Positions 15,777 through 26,140 are shown, numbered from the stretch's first letter. The stretch is 42,423 bases of DNA from a virus (IMGVR_UViG_3300020044_006480:1-42423); one strand, 5' to 3'. Translations and numbers: made by a program. Notes: generated from the letters alone by a model not told the origin.

Positions 15777-17407
15777 TGCGCACGGCGCTCCTTGACCGCG
15801 CCACTCGCACACGCCGCGTCAGCGCCATTCGCATCCCGGCGCCGGTCGAAGGCTGGGACACGTCCGACTCCCTTGCGGACATGAAGCCCAAGCGCGCCAT
15901 CGTCATGGACAACTTCTTCCCGCAGGCGGAGCATATCGAGATCCGCCGCGGGCATGTCTCGCACGCGTCCATGTTCGGGGTGACGCTGCCGGTCGAATCC
16001 CTGATGCCCTACCACGGGGTGTTCGCATCGAAGCTGTTTGCCGCTGCTGGGCCCAACATCTACGACGTGACGCAGCCCCCGGCCAATCGGCGCATCGACG
16101 ACCCGGTCATGACGGACATGGTGTCGGGCCGATTCCAGTACGTGAACTTCGCCAATACGGGCGGCTCGTGGCTCTGGGTCTGCAACGGCGCAGTCGGCCC
16201 AATCTACTATGACGGCGCGGATTGGAGCCCGGCGCTGCTGACGGGCGTCGTGCCTGAGAGCATCATCGGCGTCGAGGTCTACAAGGGCCGCATCTGGGTC
16301 GTCCTCGAAGACAGCACGGCAGTCGGCTATCTGCCGGTGGACAGCATTCAGGGCGCGGTCGAGACCTACGAACTCGGCGGCGTGATGAGCAAGGGCGGCA
16401 CGATCCTCGCCGTCGCGACGTGGTCGGTGGACGGCGGCGACGGTCCCGACGATCAGATCGTGTTCATCACCTCACGCGGACAGGTCATCGTGTTCCGCGG
16501 CTTGGACCCTGAGGACGCTGCGAACTGGACCATCGTTGGCGTCTACGACATCGGCACGCCGATCGGCCGTCGCTGCGTCACCAAGGTCGGCGCGGATCTA
16601 GCCGTCATCTGCATCGACGGCGTGAAGCCGCTCAGCCAGGTTATCGGCCTGAACCTCGCCCGGCAGGAGAGCGCAGCGGTCACGCAGCGCATCAGCCGCG
16701 CCATCTCGGACGCCGCCCGCATCTACAGCGAGCAATTCGGCTGGCAGATGATCGTCTACCCGCGGGGAACGGCGATTTATCTGAACGTGCCGCTGATCGA
16801 GGGGGAAATCAGCCACCAATACGTCATGAACGTCAACACGGGCGCGTGGTGCCGCTTCACCGGCCAGAATGCGTCGTGCTGGGCGGTGTTTCAGGACCGG
16901 CTCTTCTTCGGCGGCAAGAACGGCATGGTGTTCGAGGCCGACGTAGCGGGCGCCGACGTATCCGGGCCGATCGTCGGCGACCTCAAGACCTCGTTCCAGT
17001 ACGGCGGCTCTCGCACGACGCTCAAGCGCTACACCATGGCGCAACCGTTCCTGAACGCTGACGAAGGCATCAACATCGCCATCGGCGTCGACACGGATTT
17101 TCAGGAGGGCCGCGAGGTCCGCCCGATCCCGTCCACCACACGCCCGACCGCTCGCTGGGGAACGGCGGTGTGGGGCACGGACGAATGGGCACCAGCCATT
17201 ACCAACCGGCTCGACTGGATACCCATCACCGGCATCGGCCAGTGTGCCGCAATCCGCCTGCGCGTCGAGATTGGCGAGATCGGCGACCTTTCCCGCTGGG
17301 GAGAGGCGGTGTGGGGCGAGGATACATGGTCGCGTCCTGGCCGTGAGGCCACGCTGTTCGAGATCAACGGGTTCAACATTACCGCAGAGGCGGGCGGCAT
17401 TCTGTGA
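15776..17407 (+). CDS. Tail nozzle / DNA stabilisation protein (P22 gp10-like)
   Basis: 543 aa, beta-rich; PAPVEGW start; position after the adaptor. Confidence 0.72.
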   Translation: MRTALLDRATRTRRVSAIRIPAPVEGWDTSDSLADMKPKRAIVMDNFFPQAEHIEIRRGHVSHASMFGVTLPVESLMPYHGVFASKLFAAAGPNIYDVTQPPANRRIDDPVMTDMVSGRFQYVNFANTGGSWLWVCNGAVGPIYYDGADWSPALLTGVVPESIIGVEVYKGRIWVVLEDSTAVGYLPVDSIQGAVETYELGGVMSKGGTILAVATWSVDGGDGPDDQIVFITSRGQVIVFRGLDPEDAANWTIVGVYDIGTPIGRRCVTKVGADLAVICIDGVKPLSQVIGLNLARQESAAVTQRISRAISDAARIYSEQFGWQMIVYPRGTAIYLNVPLIEGEISHQYVMNVNTGAWCRFTGQNASCWAVFQDRLFFGGKNGMVFEADVAGADVSGPIVGDLKTSFQYGGSRTTLKRYTMAQPFLNADEGINIAIGVDTDFQEGREVRPIPSTTRPTARWGTAVWGTDEWAPAITNRLDWIPITGIGQCAAIRLRVEIGEIGDLSRWGEAVWGEDTWSRPGREATLFEINGFNITAEAGGIL

Positions 17408-17823
17408 AGATCCTCGTCGGCGAGGACGTCATCGTGCGCTCGTGGGTCAGCCAGAAGACCGGCGACCCGCACCATGACGGTGAGACGCTGGGCATCCTGT
17501 CGGAACAGGGCCGGATCATCGGCGGCTTCATCTTCACCAACTGGACTGGGGCCGGGATCGAGCTGACGCTGGCGGGTAGGGGCTGCGTCAGCCGCCTTGC
17601 CTGGCAGGCGGTTGGGGATTTCGTCTTCCGTCACAAGGGATGCGTTCGGCTGCAGGTCGTGACGCGCAAGAGCAATAAGCGGGTTCGCACGATGGCCCCC
17701 CGCTTCGGGTTCAAATTCGAAGGCACGCTACGGCGCTACTACGGCGATGAAGACGGTTTGTGCTTCTCGCTGTTGCGGAACGAGGCGGTCCAACTCGGCT
17801 ACTATCGAGAGACCAACACATGA
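17404..17823 (+). CDS. GNAT-fold protein (P22 gp14-like position)
   Basis: N.RVR.MA.RFGFKFEGTLRRYY acetyltransferase-like motif. Confidence 0.75.
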   Translation: MKILVGEDVIVRSWVSQKTGDPHHDGETLGILSEQGRIIGGFIFTNWTGAGIELTLAGRGCVSRLAWQAVGDFVFRHKGCVRLQVVTRKSNKRVRTMAPRFGFKFEGTLRRYYGDEDGLCFSLLRNEAVQLGYYRETNT

Positions 17824-19439
17824 GCGCACCGAAGCCGCCCGCCCCGCCAGATCCGGTCAAGACTGCCGAAGCGCAGGGCGCGATGAACCGCGAGACCGCT
17901 ATCTCGCAGTATCTTCTCGGCGCGACCAATCAGAAGACGCCGTTCGGCTCCCTGACCTACACCTCGCTCGGCTCTTGGGGCGATGCGCTGCAGGGTACGG
18001 GATCGCCTGGTCTCGGGACCGCCACGCCGAGCATCGGATCCTCGTCGTCCTATGCGCCGGGCTCGTCGGCCGCGCAGACGCCGGGCAAGGCACCACAGCA
18101 GTATCTCAAGAACGGCAACGACGACACGCCGCGTCTGAACCCTGCCTATACGCAGTGGGAGAATGATCAGCGCTATATGCAGCAGAACGGCGCAGGCGGC
18201 GCCGGGGGTGCCAATGGTGCGGCCTCGACGCGCGGCCCAAGCCAGTTTTCGGGCGCCGCCTACGATGTGCCGCGCTTTCAGGTTGAGCAGACGCTTACGC
18301 CCGACCTGCAGGCCGTCGTCGACAACTTTCTTGCAACCGGCCGAAACCTCTCGGGCACCGTCAACGAAACGCTCTCCAAGCAGTTCGACACGTCCGGCCT
18401 TCCGGCTCGCGCGCAGAACCTCACGGGTGCTGACGGTCTCCGCAAGGAGCTGTCGTGGAACGGCCCAGAAGCGCGCTACACCATCGACAATGCTGGCAAG
18501 ATCCAGAAGGACGTCGGCCCCAACGACTTCTCGGCCGATCGCTTGCGCGTCGAGGATGCGCTGTTCTCCCGGCTCAACCCGCAGTTCGAGCGTGATCAGG
18601 CACGGCAGGAAGCCGACCTCATTGCCCGCGGCATCAGGCCAGGGTCGAAGGCTTATGACAACGCCCGCGACGAGCTGAACCGCTCGCTGACCGACGCTCG
18701 CATGCAGACCGTCCTCGCAGGCGGCCAGGAACAGTCCCGTCTCTCCGGGCTAGAGCTGAACCAGGGCGCGTTCCGCAACGCCGCGCAACAGCAGCAGTAT
18801 GGCCAGAACGCCAACGATGCGGCCTTCTACAACTCGGCGCAGCAGCAGAACTGGCAGCAGTCTTACGCGGCTGACCAGTTCGCCAACGCGGCGCAGAACC
18901 AGGGTTTCAACCAAAACCTCGCTGCCGGGCAGTTCAACAACGCCAACCGCGGTTCGGCGATCGAGGAAGCGGCCTACCTGCGCTCGCTGCCGCTCAACGA
19001 GATCAACGCGCTTCTTGGCGGCACGCAGATCGCCAAGCCGCAGTTCCAGAACACGCCGCAGCCGGGCGTGGCGGGCGTCGATTACACCGGCCTCGTGAAC
19101 CAACAGTACCAGGGCCAGTTGGCCGCCTACAACGCGCAGGCACAGAACCGCGCGGGCATGCTCGGCGGTCTTGCCGGGATCGGCGGCAGCATCTTCCAGG
19201 GCGCAGGCGCTGCAGGCGGCTTTGGTGCGCTGTTCTCGGATCGTCGCCTCAAGACAGATATCAAGCGTATCGGCACGATGGATAACGGGCTGCCGCTCTA
19301 CTCGTACCGTTACGTCTGGGGCGGTCCGGTAATGTTCGGCGCTATGGCGGACGAGGTCGAAGTGATCGCCCCCGCTGCCGTTGGCGAGGAGGGCGGGTTC
19401 AAGACCGTCGACTACGGCAAGCTGGCGGAGGCCGCATAA
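17820..19439 (+). CDS. Ejection/pilot-type internal virion protein with C-terminal S74 intramolecular chaperone domain
   Basis: Q/N/A-rich helical body; Gly-rich hydrophobic segment; then SDRRLKTDIKRIG...G.MADEV...P.AV...VDY. Confidence 0.75.
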   Translation: MSAPKPPAPPDPVKTAEAQGAMNRETAISQYLLGATNQKTPFGSLTYTSLGSWGDALQGTGSPGLGTATPSIGSSSSYAPGSSAAQTPGKAPQQYLKNGNDDTPRLNPAYTQWENDQRYMQQNGAGGAGGANGAASTRGPSQFSGAAYDVPRFQVEQTLTPDLQAVVDNFLATGRNLSGTVNETLSKQFDTSGLPARAQNLTGADGLRKELSWNGPEARYTIDNAGKIQKDVGPNDFSADRLRVEDALFSRLNPQFERDQARQEADLIARGIRPGSKAYDNARDELNRSLTDARMQTVLAGGQEQSRLSGLELNQGAFRNAAQQQQYGQNANDAAFYNSAQQQNWQQSYAADQFANAAQNQGFNQNLAAGQFNNANRGSAIEEAAYLRSLPLNEINALLGGTQIAKPQFQNTPQPGVAGVDYTGLVNQQYQGQLAAYNAQAQNRAGMLGGLAGIGGSIFQGAGAAGGFGALFSDRRLKTDIKRIGTMDNGLPLYSYRYVWGGPVMFGAMADEVEVIAPAAVGEEGGFKTVDYGKLAEAA

Positions 19440-21859
19440 TGGCAATTCAGCCTGCACTCTTCGGCAACGTCGACCCCAATCAGCAGGTGGCGTCTCTCGA
19501 CGAGATCAAGCGCCGCCGTGCGATGTCCGAGCGTCTGCTGGCCGAAGGCGCCAGCGTCGAACCTCTGCAGCATCCCCTACAGGTCGTGGCGAAGATCCTG
19601 CAGTCCGGTGCGGGGTACATGGGGCAGATGCGCGCCAACAAAGAGGATGCTGCAGGACGCTCCCGCCGGAACGACGCCATCGGCAAGATGCTGACGAGCA
19701 TGGGTGGCGGCGGCTCGTCGATGCCATCGGCTTTTACCCCCGCATCGGCCGCTCCCATGGCATCCTCGCCTGCAGGTGGCGCTATGGCAGCCTCGACCGG
19801 GCCGTCAGCCTCGGCGCCGAGCAACGTCCGTGAGGGCATTGCAGCGACCGCATCTTCCCTCGGCATCAATCCTGTCGACCTTGCCACCGCCATCTCCTAC
19901 GAGACCGCCGGCACGTTCGATCCGACCAAGCGCGGCCCGACTACGCAGTGGGGGCAGCATCGCGGGCTCATTCAGTTCGGCGAGCCCCAGGCGAAGAAGT
20001 ACGGGGTCAACTGGAACGACCCGATCGGTTCGCAGCTCGGCCCGAACGGCGCGGTGGCGAACTACCTGCGCGACACGGGCGTGAAGCCCGGCATGGGCCT
20101 GCTCGACATTTATTCGGCCATCAATGCCGGTGGTGTCGGCCGCTACAACCGTTCCGACGCAAACAATGGTGGCGCACCCGGCACGGTCGCGGACAAGGTC
20201 AACAAGCAGATGGCCGGGCATCGCCAGAAGGCGGAAGCGCTGTTCCGCAACTCTGCGCAGCCGGTTCAGGTCGCAAGCCTCGATCCTTCGGCGGGTATGT
20301 CCATCGACGCCCCGGACCAGCTTTCGCCCGAAGATCAGCAGCGCCTTGCTGCTCTCCGCACGCCGCAGAACACAGCGAACGTGCGGCCCTACAGCGGGCC
20401 GGGTGCGTCCATCGATATGGAGCCGCCCCCGCAGATGGGGCCGCGCATGCCGCTGGACATGAAGCTGAACGCGCAGCGCGAACAGCTCGGCATCAACGCC
20501 ATTCCTCTGCCGCAGCCGTCAGCGCAAACCGTCATGGCACCGCAAGCACAGCCGCAGGGCGCTCAGCAGGCCATGGCAGCCGCGCTGATGGGCAACGCGC
20601 CCCTACAGGAGCCAATGCAGGCGACCGCCGTCAACACGCCTATGGGCATGCCTAGCGCGCCCCAGATGCAACAGCCGGCACCGCCGCAGCAGGCGATGGC
20701 GCAGGCTCTCACGGGCGGGCAGATGCCACAGGGGCCGTCCGGTGGCGTCGACCGTGCGCTGATCGCCCAGCTTCTCGGCGATCCGTACACCGAAGACCTC
20801 GGCCAGCAGCTTCTCATGCAGACGCTTGAACAGCAGCAGCAGGCCAACGACCCCATGCGGCAGTTGGAGTTGCAGAAGGCGCAGCTTGAGATCGAAGCTC
20901 TTCGCAATCCGCAGGTAAAGCCGATCGAGGTCAATGGCCGATTGCTCAACCCGCAAACAGGCCAGGTGATCGCCGACTTCTCCGATCCCGATACGTCGGT
21001 GGTCGAGGGACGCGTCGTGAACACGCGCACAGGTCAGGTTATCTACGAGGCACCCCCAGAGGCTCCCGAGCAGTTCACGCTCTCTCCCGGTCAACAGCGC
21101 TTCGACGGCAACGGCAATCCGATTGCCAGCGGTCAGGCTCAGCCGACGTTCCGCCCAGCGACCCCGGAAGAGCTTTCGACGTTCGGCGCGACAGGCGGAC
21201 AGATCGGTCCGGACGGCCGCTTCTATCCAGTCCAGCCGCCCACGGGCACGTCAATCGAAAGTGACGGTCAGGGCGGGTTCCGTGTCGTGTCCGGCCCCGG
21301 CGCAGGTGGCATGAAGCCGCTGACGGAAGGTCAGTCCAAGGACGCGGTTTATGCCACCCGTGCGGAGGGCGCCCTTGCCACGCTCGACGAATACGCGAGC
21401 ACTCTAACGAGCCGCACCGACGCCGCTCTTGGCATGGTGCCCATGGGCTTCGGGCGTGACTATCAGGACAAGAATTTTCAACTTGCACAGCAGGCCGGTG
21501 ACGAGTTCCTGCAGGCCATCCTTCGCAAGGATACGGGCGCGGCAATCACAATACCGGAACAGTCGTTGTACGGTGACACCTACCTGCCGCGGCCTGGCGA
21601 TAGCCCCGAGCTTCTGCAGCAAAAGGCGGTGTCCCGCCGCCGAGCGCTCGAAGCGATCAAGGCCGGCATGCCGCCGTCTGCGATCATCCAGCAAGAGCTT
21701 GCGCTACAGCGGACGGAACAGGCCGCGCCGGCAATCCAGGCAGGCCCTCCTGGCTCAGCCGAGAACCCGCTGCAGCTCGACGAGGTCGTTGTTCCTGCCG
21801 GCGTCGATCCTGAGGACTGGAAGTACATGTCCGAAGAAGACAAGGCGCTGTTTCGATGA
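19439..21859 (+). CDS. Ejection protein with lytic transglycosylase/lysozyme-like domain
   Basis: LATAISYETAGTFDP...GLIQF motif; P/Q-rich linkers; LTEGQSK C-terminal domain. Confidence 0.75.
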   Translation: MAIQPALFGNVDPNQQVASLDEIKRRRAMSERLLAEGASVEPLQHPLQVVAKILQSGAGYMGQMRANKEDAAGRSRRNDAIGKMLTSMGGGGSSMPSAFTPASAAPMASSPAGGAMAASTGPSASAPSNVREGIAATASSLGINPVDLATAISYETAGTFDPTKRGPTTQWGQHRGLIQFGEPQAKKYGVNWNDPIGSQLGPNGAVANYLRDTGVKPGMGLLDIYSAINAGGVGRYNRSDANNGGAPGTVADKVNKQMAGHRQKAEALFRNSAQPVQVASLDPSAGMSIDAPDQLSPEDQQRLAALRTPQNTANVRPYSGPGASIDMEPPPQMGPRMPLDMKLNAQREQLGINAIPLPQPSAQTVMAPQAQPQGAQQAMAAALMGNAPLQEPMQATAVNTPMGMPSAPQMQQPAPPQQAMAQALTGGQMPQGPSGGVDRALIAQLLGDPYTEDLGQQLLMQTLEQQQQANDPMRQLELQKAQLEIEALRNPQVKPIEVNGRLLNPQTGQVIADFSDPDTSVVEGRVVNTRTGQVIYEAPPEAPEQFTLSPGQQRFDGNGNPIASGQAQPTFRPATPEELSTFGATGGQIGPDGRFYPVQPPTGTSIESDGQGGFRVVSGPGAGGMKPLTEGQSKDAVYATRAEGALATLDEYASTLTSRTDAALGMVPMGFGRDYQDKNFQLAQQAGDEFLQAILRKDTGAAITIPEQSLYGDTYLPRPGDSPELLQQKAVSRRRALEAIKAGMPPSAIIQQELALQRTEQAAPAIQAGPPGSAENPLQLDEVVVPAGVDPEDWKYMSEEDKALFR

Positions 21860-23352
21860 GCCCTGAGCAGCAGCGCGCCCTCGCCATTGCCCGTGCCAAA
21901 CGAGCCCGCGCAGAAGCACAGGGCGCGCAAACGGCGCCCTCGCCGCCAGCGGTCGGCCAAGATCCGTTGTCTGCGTCCGTCACCGCAGGGGGGCAAGGCA
22001 TCACGCTCGGCTTCGGCGACGAGTTGGCGGCCGGACTGTTCACGCCGGTCGAGATGGGCATGCAAGCCTACCGCGGCGACCCGGTCAGCGTTGGCGGGGC
22101 CTATGACGCGGCGCTCGACAAGACCCGCGGCAATCTGCGCGACGCTCGGGAGAACAGCCCCAAAGCTTCAATGGCCGGTGAGTTGGCCGGCGCCGCCATG
22201 ATCCCCGGCATGGCGACGGGTGGGACGCTCAAGACCATCGCGCAAGGCGCTGGCACGGGAGCGGCCTACGGTTTTGGCTCTGGCGAAGGAGGTGTCGACG
22301 AGCGTTTGAAGGACGCGGGAACGGGCGCCTTGATTGGCGGCACCGCGGGAGCGGTCGTTCGCGGCGTGACGAATGCCGTATCAAACCGGACCGCAAGGGC
22401 AGCCGTGCCATCAAACGATGAATTGCGCCGCCTTGCAGATCAGGCTTACGATGCGGCCGACGCTGCGGGTGTGGTCGTCGCGCCGCAGGGCATCCAGCGT
22501 CTCGGCGCCACCATCCAGAACGACCTCGCCGAGTTTGGCTACCACCCAAACCTGCAGCCTCGCGTCGGTGTAGTGCTAAACGAGATCGGGCGACTGTCGG
22601 AAGGCAACGTCACCTTCAAGGGACTGGATCAGGTTCGTCGCATGGCGCAGGCCGCGGCATCAAGCCAGGATCGGTCAGAAGTCGCGCTCGGCACTCGCAT
22701 CATCGGCCATATCGACGACCTGATGGAAAACCTGCCGATTGACGAGACGGTTACGGGCAATGCGGGGCAGGCGTCGGCCGCTTATCGCCAAGCGCGCGAC
22801 TATTGGAGCCGGATGCGGAAATCGGAGATGGTCGACACCGCTGTCACAAAGGCGGAGCGCCGAGCGGCCTCGACCGGCACGGGTGGCAACAGCGACAACG
22901 CGATCCGCCAAAATGTCCGTGGCCTCCTCGACAACCCCCGTACCGCTCGCGGCTTCAACGCGACCGAGCGCGAAGCCGCGGAACGCGTGGTGCGGGGGAC
23001 GACGCCACAAAACGCTGCGCGGCTCGTCGGTCGGCTATCCCCTCAGGGCAATGGGCTGATGGCCGCTCTCGGCGTCGGTGGCGCCGCGTCTATTCCGCAG
23101 TACGCAATTCCTGCCATGATCGCTGGCGCCGTAGGAAAGCAGATCGCCGATCGCGCGACTCCTCGCAACGTCCAGGCACTTAGCGAGATCCTGCGCTCAG
23201 GCGGGCAGACAGCACCCCAGATCGCTCGCCAGGCAATCGCCGGGCAGGGCGGCAATCAAGCCTTAATCCAAGCCCTTACGCAGCAGCAGCGGGTAGGTGG
23301 ACGGGCGGTAATGCCTTCCGCGGCCCTCGCGGCTGCGCTTCTCGGTCAATAG
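21856..23352 (+). CDS. Ejection / DNA transfer protein
   Basis: GQGITLGFGDEL motif; Ala/Gly-rich hydrophobic segments. Confidence 0.72.
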   Translation: MSPEQQRALAIARAKRARAEAQGAQTAPSPPAVGQDPLSASVTAGGQGITLGFGDELAAGLFTPVEMGMQAYRGDPVSVGGAYDAALDKTRGNLRDARENSPKASMAGELAGAAMIPGMATGGTLKTIAQGAGTGAAYGFGSGEGGVDERLKDAGTGALIGGTAGAVVRGVTNAVSNRTARAAVPSNDELRRLADQAYDAADAAGVVVAPQGIQRLGATIQNDLAEFGYHPNLQPRVGVVLNEIGRLSEGNVTFKGLDQVRRMAQAAASSQDRSEVALGTRIIGHIDDLMENLPIDETVTGNAGQASAAYRQARDYWSRMRKSEMVDTAVTKAERRAASTGTGGNSDNAIRQNVRGLLDNPRTARGFNATEREAAERVVRGTTPQNAARLVGRLSPQGNGLMAALGVGGAASIPQYAIPAMIAGAVGKQIADRATPRNVQALSEILRSGGQTAPQIARQAIAGQGGNQALIQALTQQQRVGGRAVMPSAALAAALLGQ

Positions 23353-23534
23353 ACGACGGCGTAGTAGGCAAGCCCGCAGAAGGCCAACGGCATCACTAGG
23401 GCAATGAAATAATGGTTGGGGACGCGCTCCCCGGCGTTCTCTCTGCGGCTGACGTTCACCGCGCCCCAAATGAACATCGCGGTCAGTAGGTTCGCGCCTA
23501 AGACGGCTGCGAAGATCGGCAAGAAGTCGGTCAT
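23346..23534 (-). CDS. Small two-TM membrane protein (moron)
   Basis: MTDFLPIFAAVLGANLLTAMFIWG...YFIALVMPLAFCGLAYYAVVY. Confidence 0.65.
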   Translation of the reverse strand: MTDFLPIFAAVLGANLLTAMFIWGAVNVSRRENAGERVPNHYFIALVMPLAFCGLAYYAVVY

Positions 23535-23575
23535 CCGCAAGATATGGCACAGCCTCCGCGCGAATGCGAGATGCC

Positions 23576-23971
23576 TCAATAGCTGTTGCACGTCACGCTA
23601 GTGCCGAATGTGCTGCAGTTGGTCGTCGTCGGGCGTGTCTGCTGGATTACGACGGGCGCGGGCCGGTACTGCTGCCCGCGGAACGGAAACGACGGCAACT
23701 GCCCATCGGACGGGCCGCATCGATACGAGAACCGATACCAAGTGACCGGTCCCGGTAGGACGTCGGCGACCAATCCGCCTGAATTGCTGGAACTGTCGAG
23801 CACCTGATACGGCCCGCCGCATGCCTTTGCCGCCTCGTTGTAGCAGGCGTTCGGCGATCGGCTGCATTTGGTCTCCTGCAATGCCTGCCCGCTCGGGCCG
23901 ATGACCGGCTCGCTCGGTGTGCCCTGACAGCCCGCCAGCATCAACACCGCCACCCCAACCAGAACACGCAT
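23576..23971 (-). CDS. Cys-rich lipoprotein, candidate superinfection exclusion protein
   Basis: GGGAGGGG RBS; signal peptide with lipobox LAG/C (MRVLVGVAVLMLAGC); C-terminal TTTNCSTFGTSVTCN. Confidence 0.8.
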   Translation of the reverse strand: MRVLVGVAVLMLAGCQGTPSEPVIGPSGQALQETKCSRSPNACYNEAAKACGGPYQVLDSSSNSGGLVADVLPGPVTWYRFSYRCGPSDGQLPSFPFRGQQYRPAPVVIQQTRPTTTNCSTFGTSVTCNSY

Positions 23972-24039
23972 CTGCCCCTCCCGTCGCCCGCGCCCGGAGT
24001 GTGCCGCCGCATCCCTTTCGCAAACCTTAGGAGCAGCCG

Positions 24040-24702
24040 ATGCCTCGCAATGGCTCCGGTACATTCTCGATTGCCAACGGACCCTTCACGGTCGGTTCTG
24101 TCATCAACCCAGATCGCGTGAACGAGAACTTCACCGATGTGGCGGCGGGCCTCACAGGCTCTCTTCCTCGCGACGGACAGGCGGCGATGACCGGCCCGCT
24201 GAAGGTTGCGAACGGCACGGTGACGGTGCCCTCGATCGCCTTCTCGGCCGACGTCGACACGGGCTTCTATTGGGTGTCCGAAGGCGTCGTGGGCTTCGCT
24301 GCGAACGGCGTGCGGATCTTCACCATGTCCGATGACGGCGTGGTGCTGGACAATCCACCGGACCCGTCAGCGCTGATCAAATCGCACGGTACGGTCACGG
24401 GCGGTACGGAGACGTTCAATTACAACGACGCGCCGGTTCATACGGTCGTGCAGGACGGCAACGTCACCATCGCCGTCGCCAACCTGCCGGACGGGGCGGA
24501 TCTGCAAATCAACCTCTCGCACCTGTCGGGAACGCTGACGTTCACAGGAATTACGAGGTGGGTGGTTGGGGTTGATGCCCCCGAAGCGACGTTCGCTGGC
24601 ACGGGCCTAGACCCCGCCGCCCTCGGCACGAACACAACGTTCACGTTCGTCTTCCAGAAGTTTGGCTCGGCAACGCTCGGGTACGTCGTGAGGTGCCTGT
24701 GA
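24040..24702 (+). CDS. Tail fibre/spike anchor protein
   Basis: AGGAG RBS; MPRNGSG...LTGSLPRDGQAAMTGPLK...PSIAF..D.DTGFY N-terminal anchor motifs. Confidence 0.78.
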   Translation: MPRNGSGTFSIANGPFTVGSVINPDRVNENFTDVAAGLTGSLPRDGQAAMTGPLKVANGTVTVPSIAFSADVDTGFYWVSEGVVGFAANGVRIFTMSDDGVVLDNPPDPSALIKSHGTVTGGTETFNYNDAPVHTVVQDGNVTIAVANLPDGADLQINLSHLSGTLTFTGITRWVVGVDAPEATFAGTGLDPAALGTNTTFTFVFQKFGSATLGYVVRCL

Positions 24703-25661
24703 TGATCAGCCTCAAGAAGAAGATGCTGATGGCTCTGAACCGGCGCCTGAACGTCGATGAGGTGTTTGCGACGACGCTTTATACGGACGGCACGGCTGCG
24801 GGGCAACTAGTCCCGCTGCCTTTCAACCCTGATTTCGTCTGGCATAAGTTGCGGGCCGCGACGTCCTCCCATCGCGTATTTGATTCGCTGCGCGGGCAGA
24901 ACTTCCTGCAGACCCAAGCGACAGATTCACAAGTGAACATCGGCTCGGAGACGGGCACTACGCGGGTCGGCGGCTTCAACAAGGTGAACTTCGGCGCTGG
25001 AGGCTCCGTCGTAGGATGGGCCGCCAAGCGCGCCCCCCGCTTCTTCGACATCAGGCGGGTCACGCTCCCCGCAGGTAACAGCAATTTTCGCATCCCTCAC
25101 GGGCTTGAGGTCACGCCCGGACTCATAATTGGGAAACGTATATCCGACACTGGAAACTGGCTTGTGTTCCATCGCTCGCGCGGGGCGGGGAACGTTCTGC
25201 TCCTAAATACGACCGCTGCCGAAAGCGCTAGCACGGTATGGAGCGGAGGCGGTCCAACCGAGACCGACTTCGGCGTCAATACGAGCGCTACCGGCTCGGG
25301 TGAGTATATCTTCAAGCTCTTCGCCCACGATCCCGACCCTGACGGCATCATTCAGTGCGGGCAGTACACAGGGAACGGCAGTACGACCGGGCCGGTGGTG
25401 ACGCTGGGATGGGAGCCGCAATGGCTGCTGATCAAATGCGCTACGGCCGTCAGCGACTGGGTGCTTCGCGATAACAAGCGCGACACCGCGAACCCCCGTA
25501 ACATCGTGCTCTACCCGAATACGTCCAGCGCCGAAGTCACGAACACAAACGAGAACCTGAACTTCACAACGACGGGGTTCCAGCCGCTCACAGCTATCCA
25601 GACCATGAATGCGACCGGGCAGGTCTACACCTACATGGCCATCCGAAAGGGCGCAGCATGA
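24702..25661 (+). CDS. Probable receptor-binding / distal fibre protein
   Basis: Repeated domain F.PDFVW.K / HGL..TP.LII.K / YTGNG...LGWEPQWLLIK. Confidence 0.7.
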   Translation: MISLKKKMLMALNRRLNVDEVFATTLYTDGTAAGQLVPLPFNPDFVWHKLRAATSSHRVFDSLRGQNFLQTQATDSQVNIGSETGTTRVGGFNKVNFGAGGSVVGWAAKRAPRFFDIRRVTLPAGNSNFRIPHGLEVTPGLIIGKRISDTGNWLVFHRSRGAGNVLLLNTTAAESASTVWSGGGPTETDFGVNTSATGSGEYIFKLFAHDPDPDGIIQCGQYTGNGSTTGPVVTLGWEPQWLLIKCATAVSDWVLRDNKRDTANPRNIVLYPNTSSAEVTNTNENLNFTTTGFQPLTAIQTMNATGQVYTYMAIRKGAA

Positions 25662-26140
25662 CCTTTCGCGACCGCACCACGGGCGAGTACCCCATCACGC
25701 TCGGCACAATCCGCCGCCGATCGTCCGTAGCATTCGGAGCCAGCCCAACAGCAGCCATCCTAGACGCCGCCAACGTCGACCCTGTCGAGGCCACCACGCC
25801 ACCGACGCCCGGCGCGAACCAGACCGTTCGCGAGGGCGAGCCCGAACAGTTCAACGGCAAATGGCGGCAGACGTGGATCGTCGAACCTGCGCCCGAGCGC
25901 GTGTTCACATGGCTTGAGTTCATCGACCTCTTCACCTCTGACGAGCAGATCGAGCTTGTCGGCGCGTCGATGGTCGATGCCAACGTAAAGCTGTTCTACG
26001 ACAAGGCCGTGGGCGCACAGGGCATATACCTATCCGATCAGCGCACCATCGACGGCATCACTCTTCTGGCGAACGCCGGCCTCCTCACCCCTCAACGGCG
26101 CGATCAGGTTCTCGCCGGCATCATGCCAGGGAGCGTCTGA
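25658..26140 (+). CDS. Tail fibre assembly-like protein
   Basis: EGEPEQFNGKWRQTWIVE and F..LFT..EQ...GLLTPQR motifs; follows the fibre genes. Confidence 0.6.
   Translation: MTFRDRTTGEYPITLGTIRRRSSVAFGASPTAAILDAANVDPVEATTPPTPGANQTVREGEPEQFNGKWRQTWIVEPAPERVFTWLEFIDLFTSDEQIELVGASMVDANVKLFYDKAVGAQGIYLSDQRTIDGITLLANAGLLTPQRRDQVLAGIMPGSV

Noticed and set aside
24702-25661. Diversity-generating retroelement target in the receptor-binding gene
   Set aside because: No reverse transcriptase in the genome and no template/variable repeat pair seen
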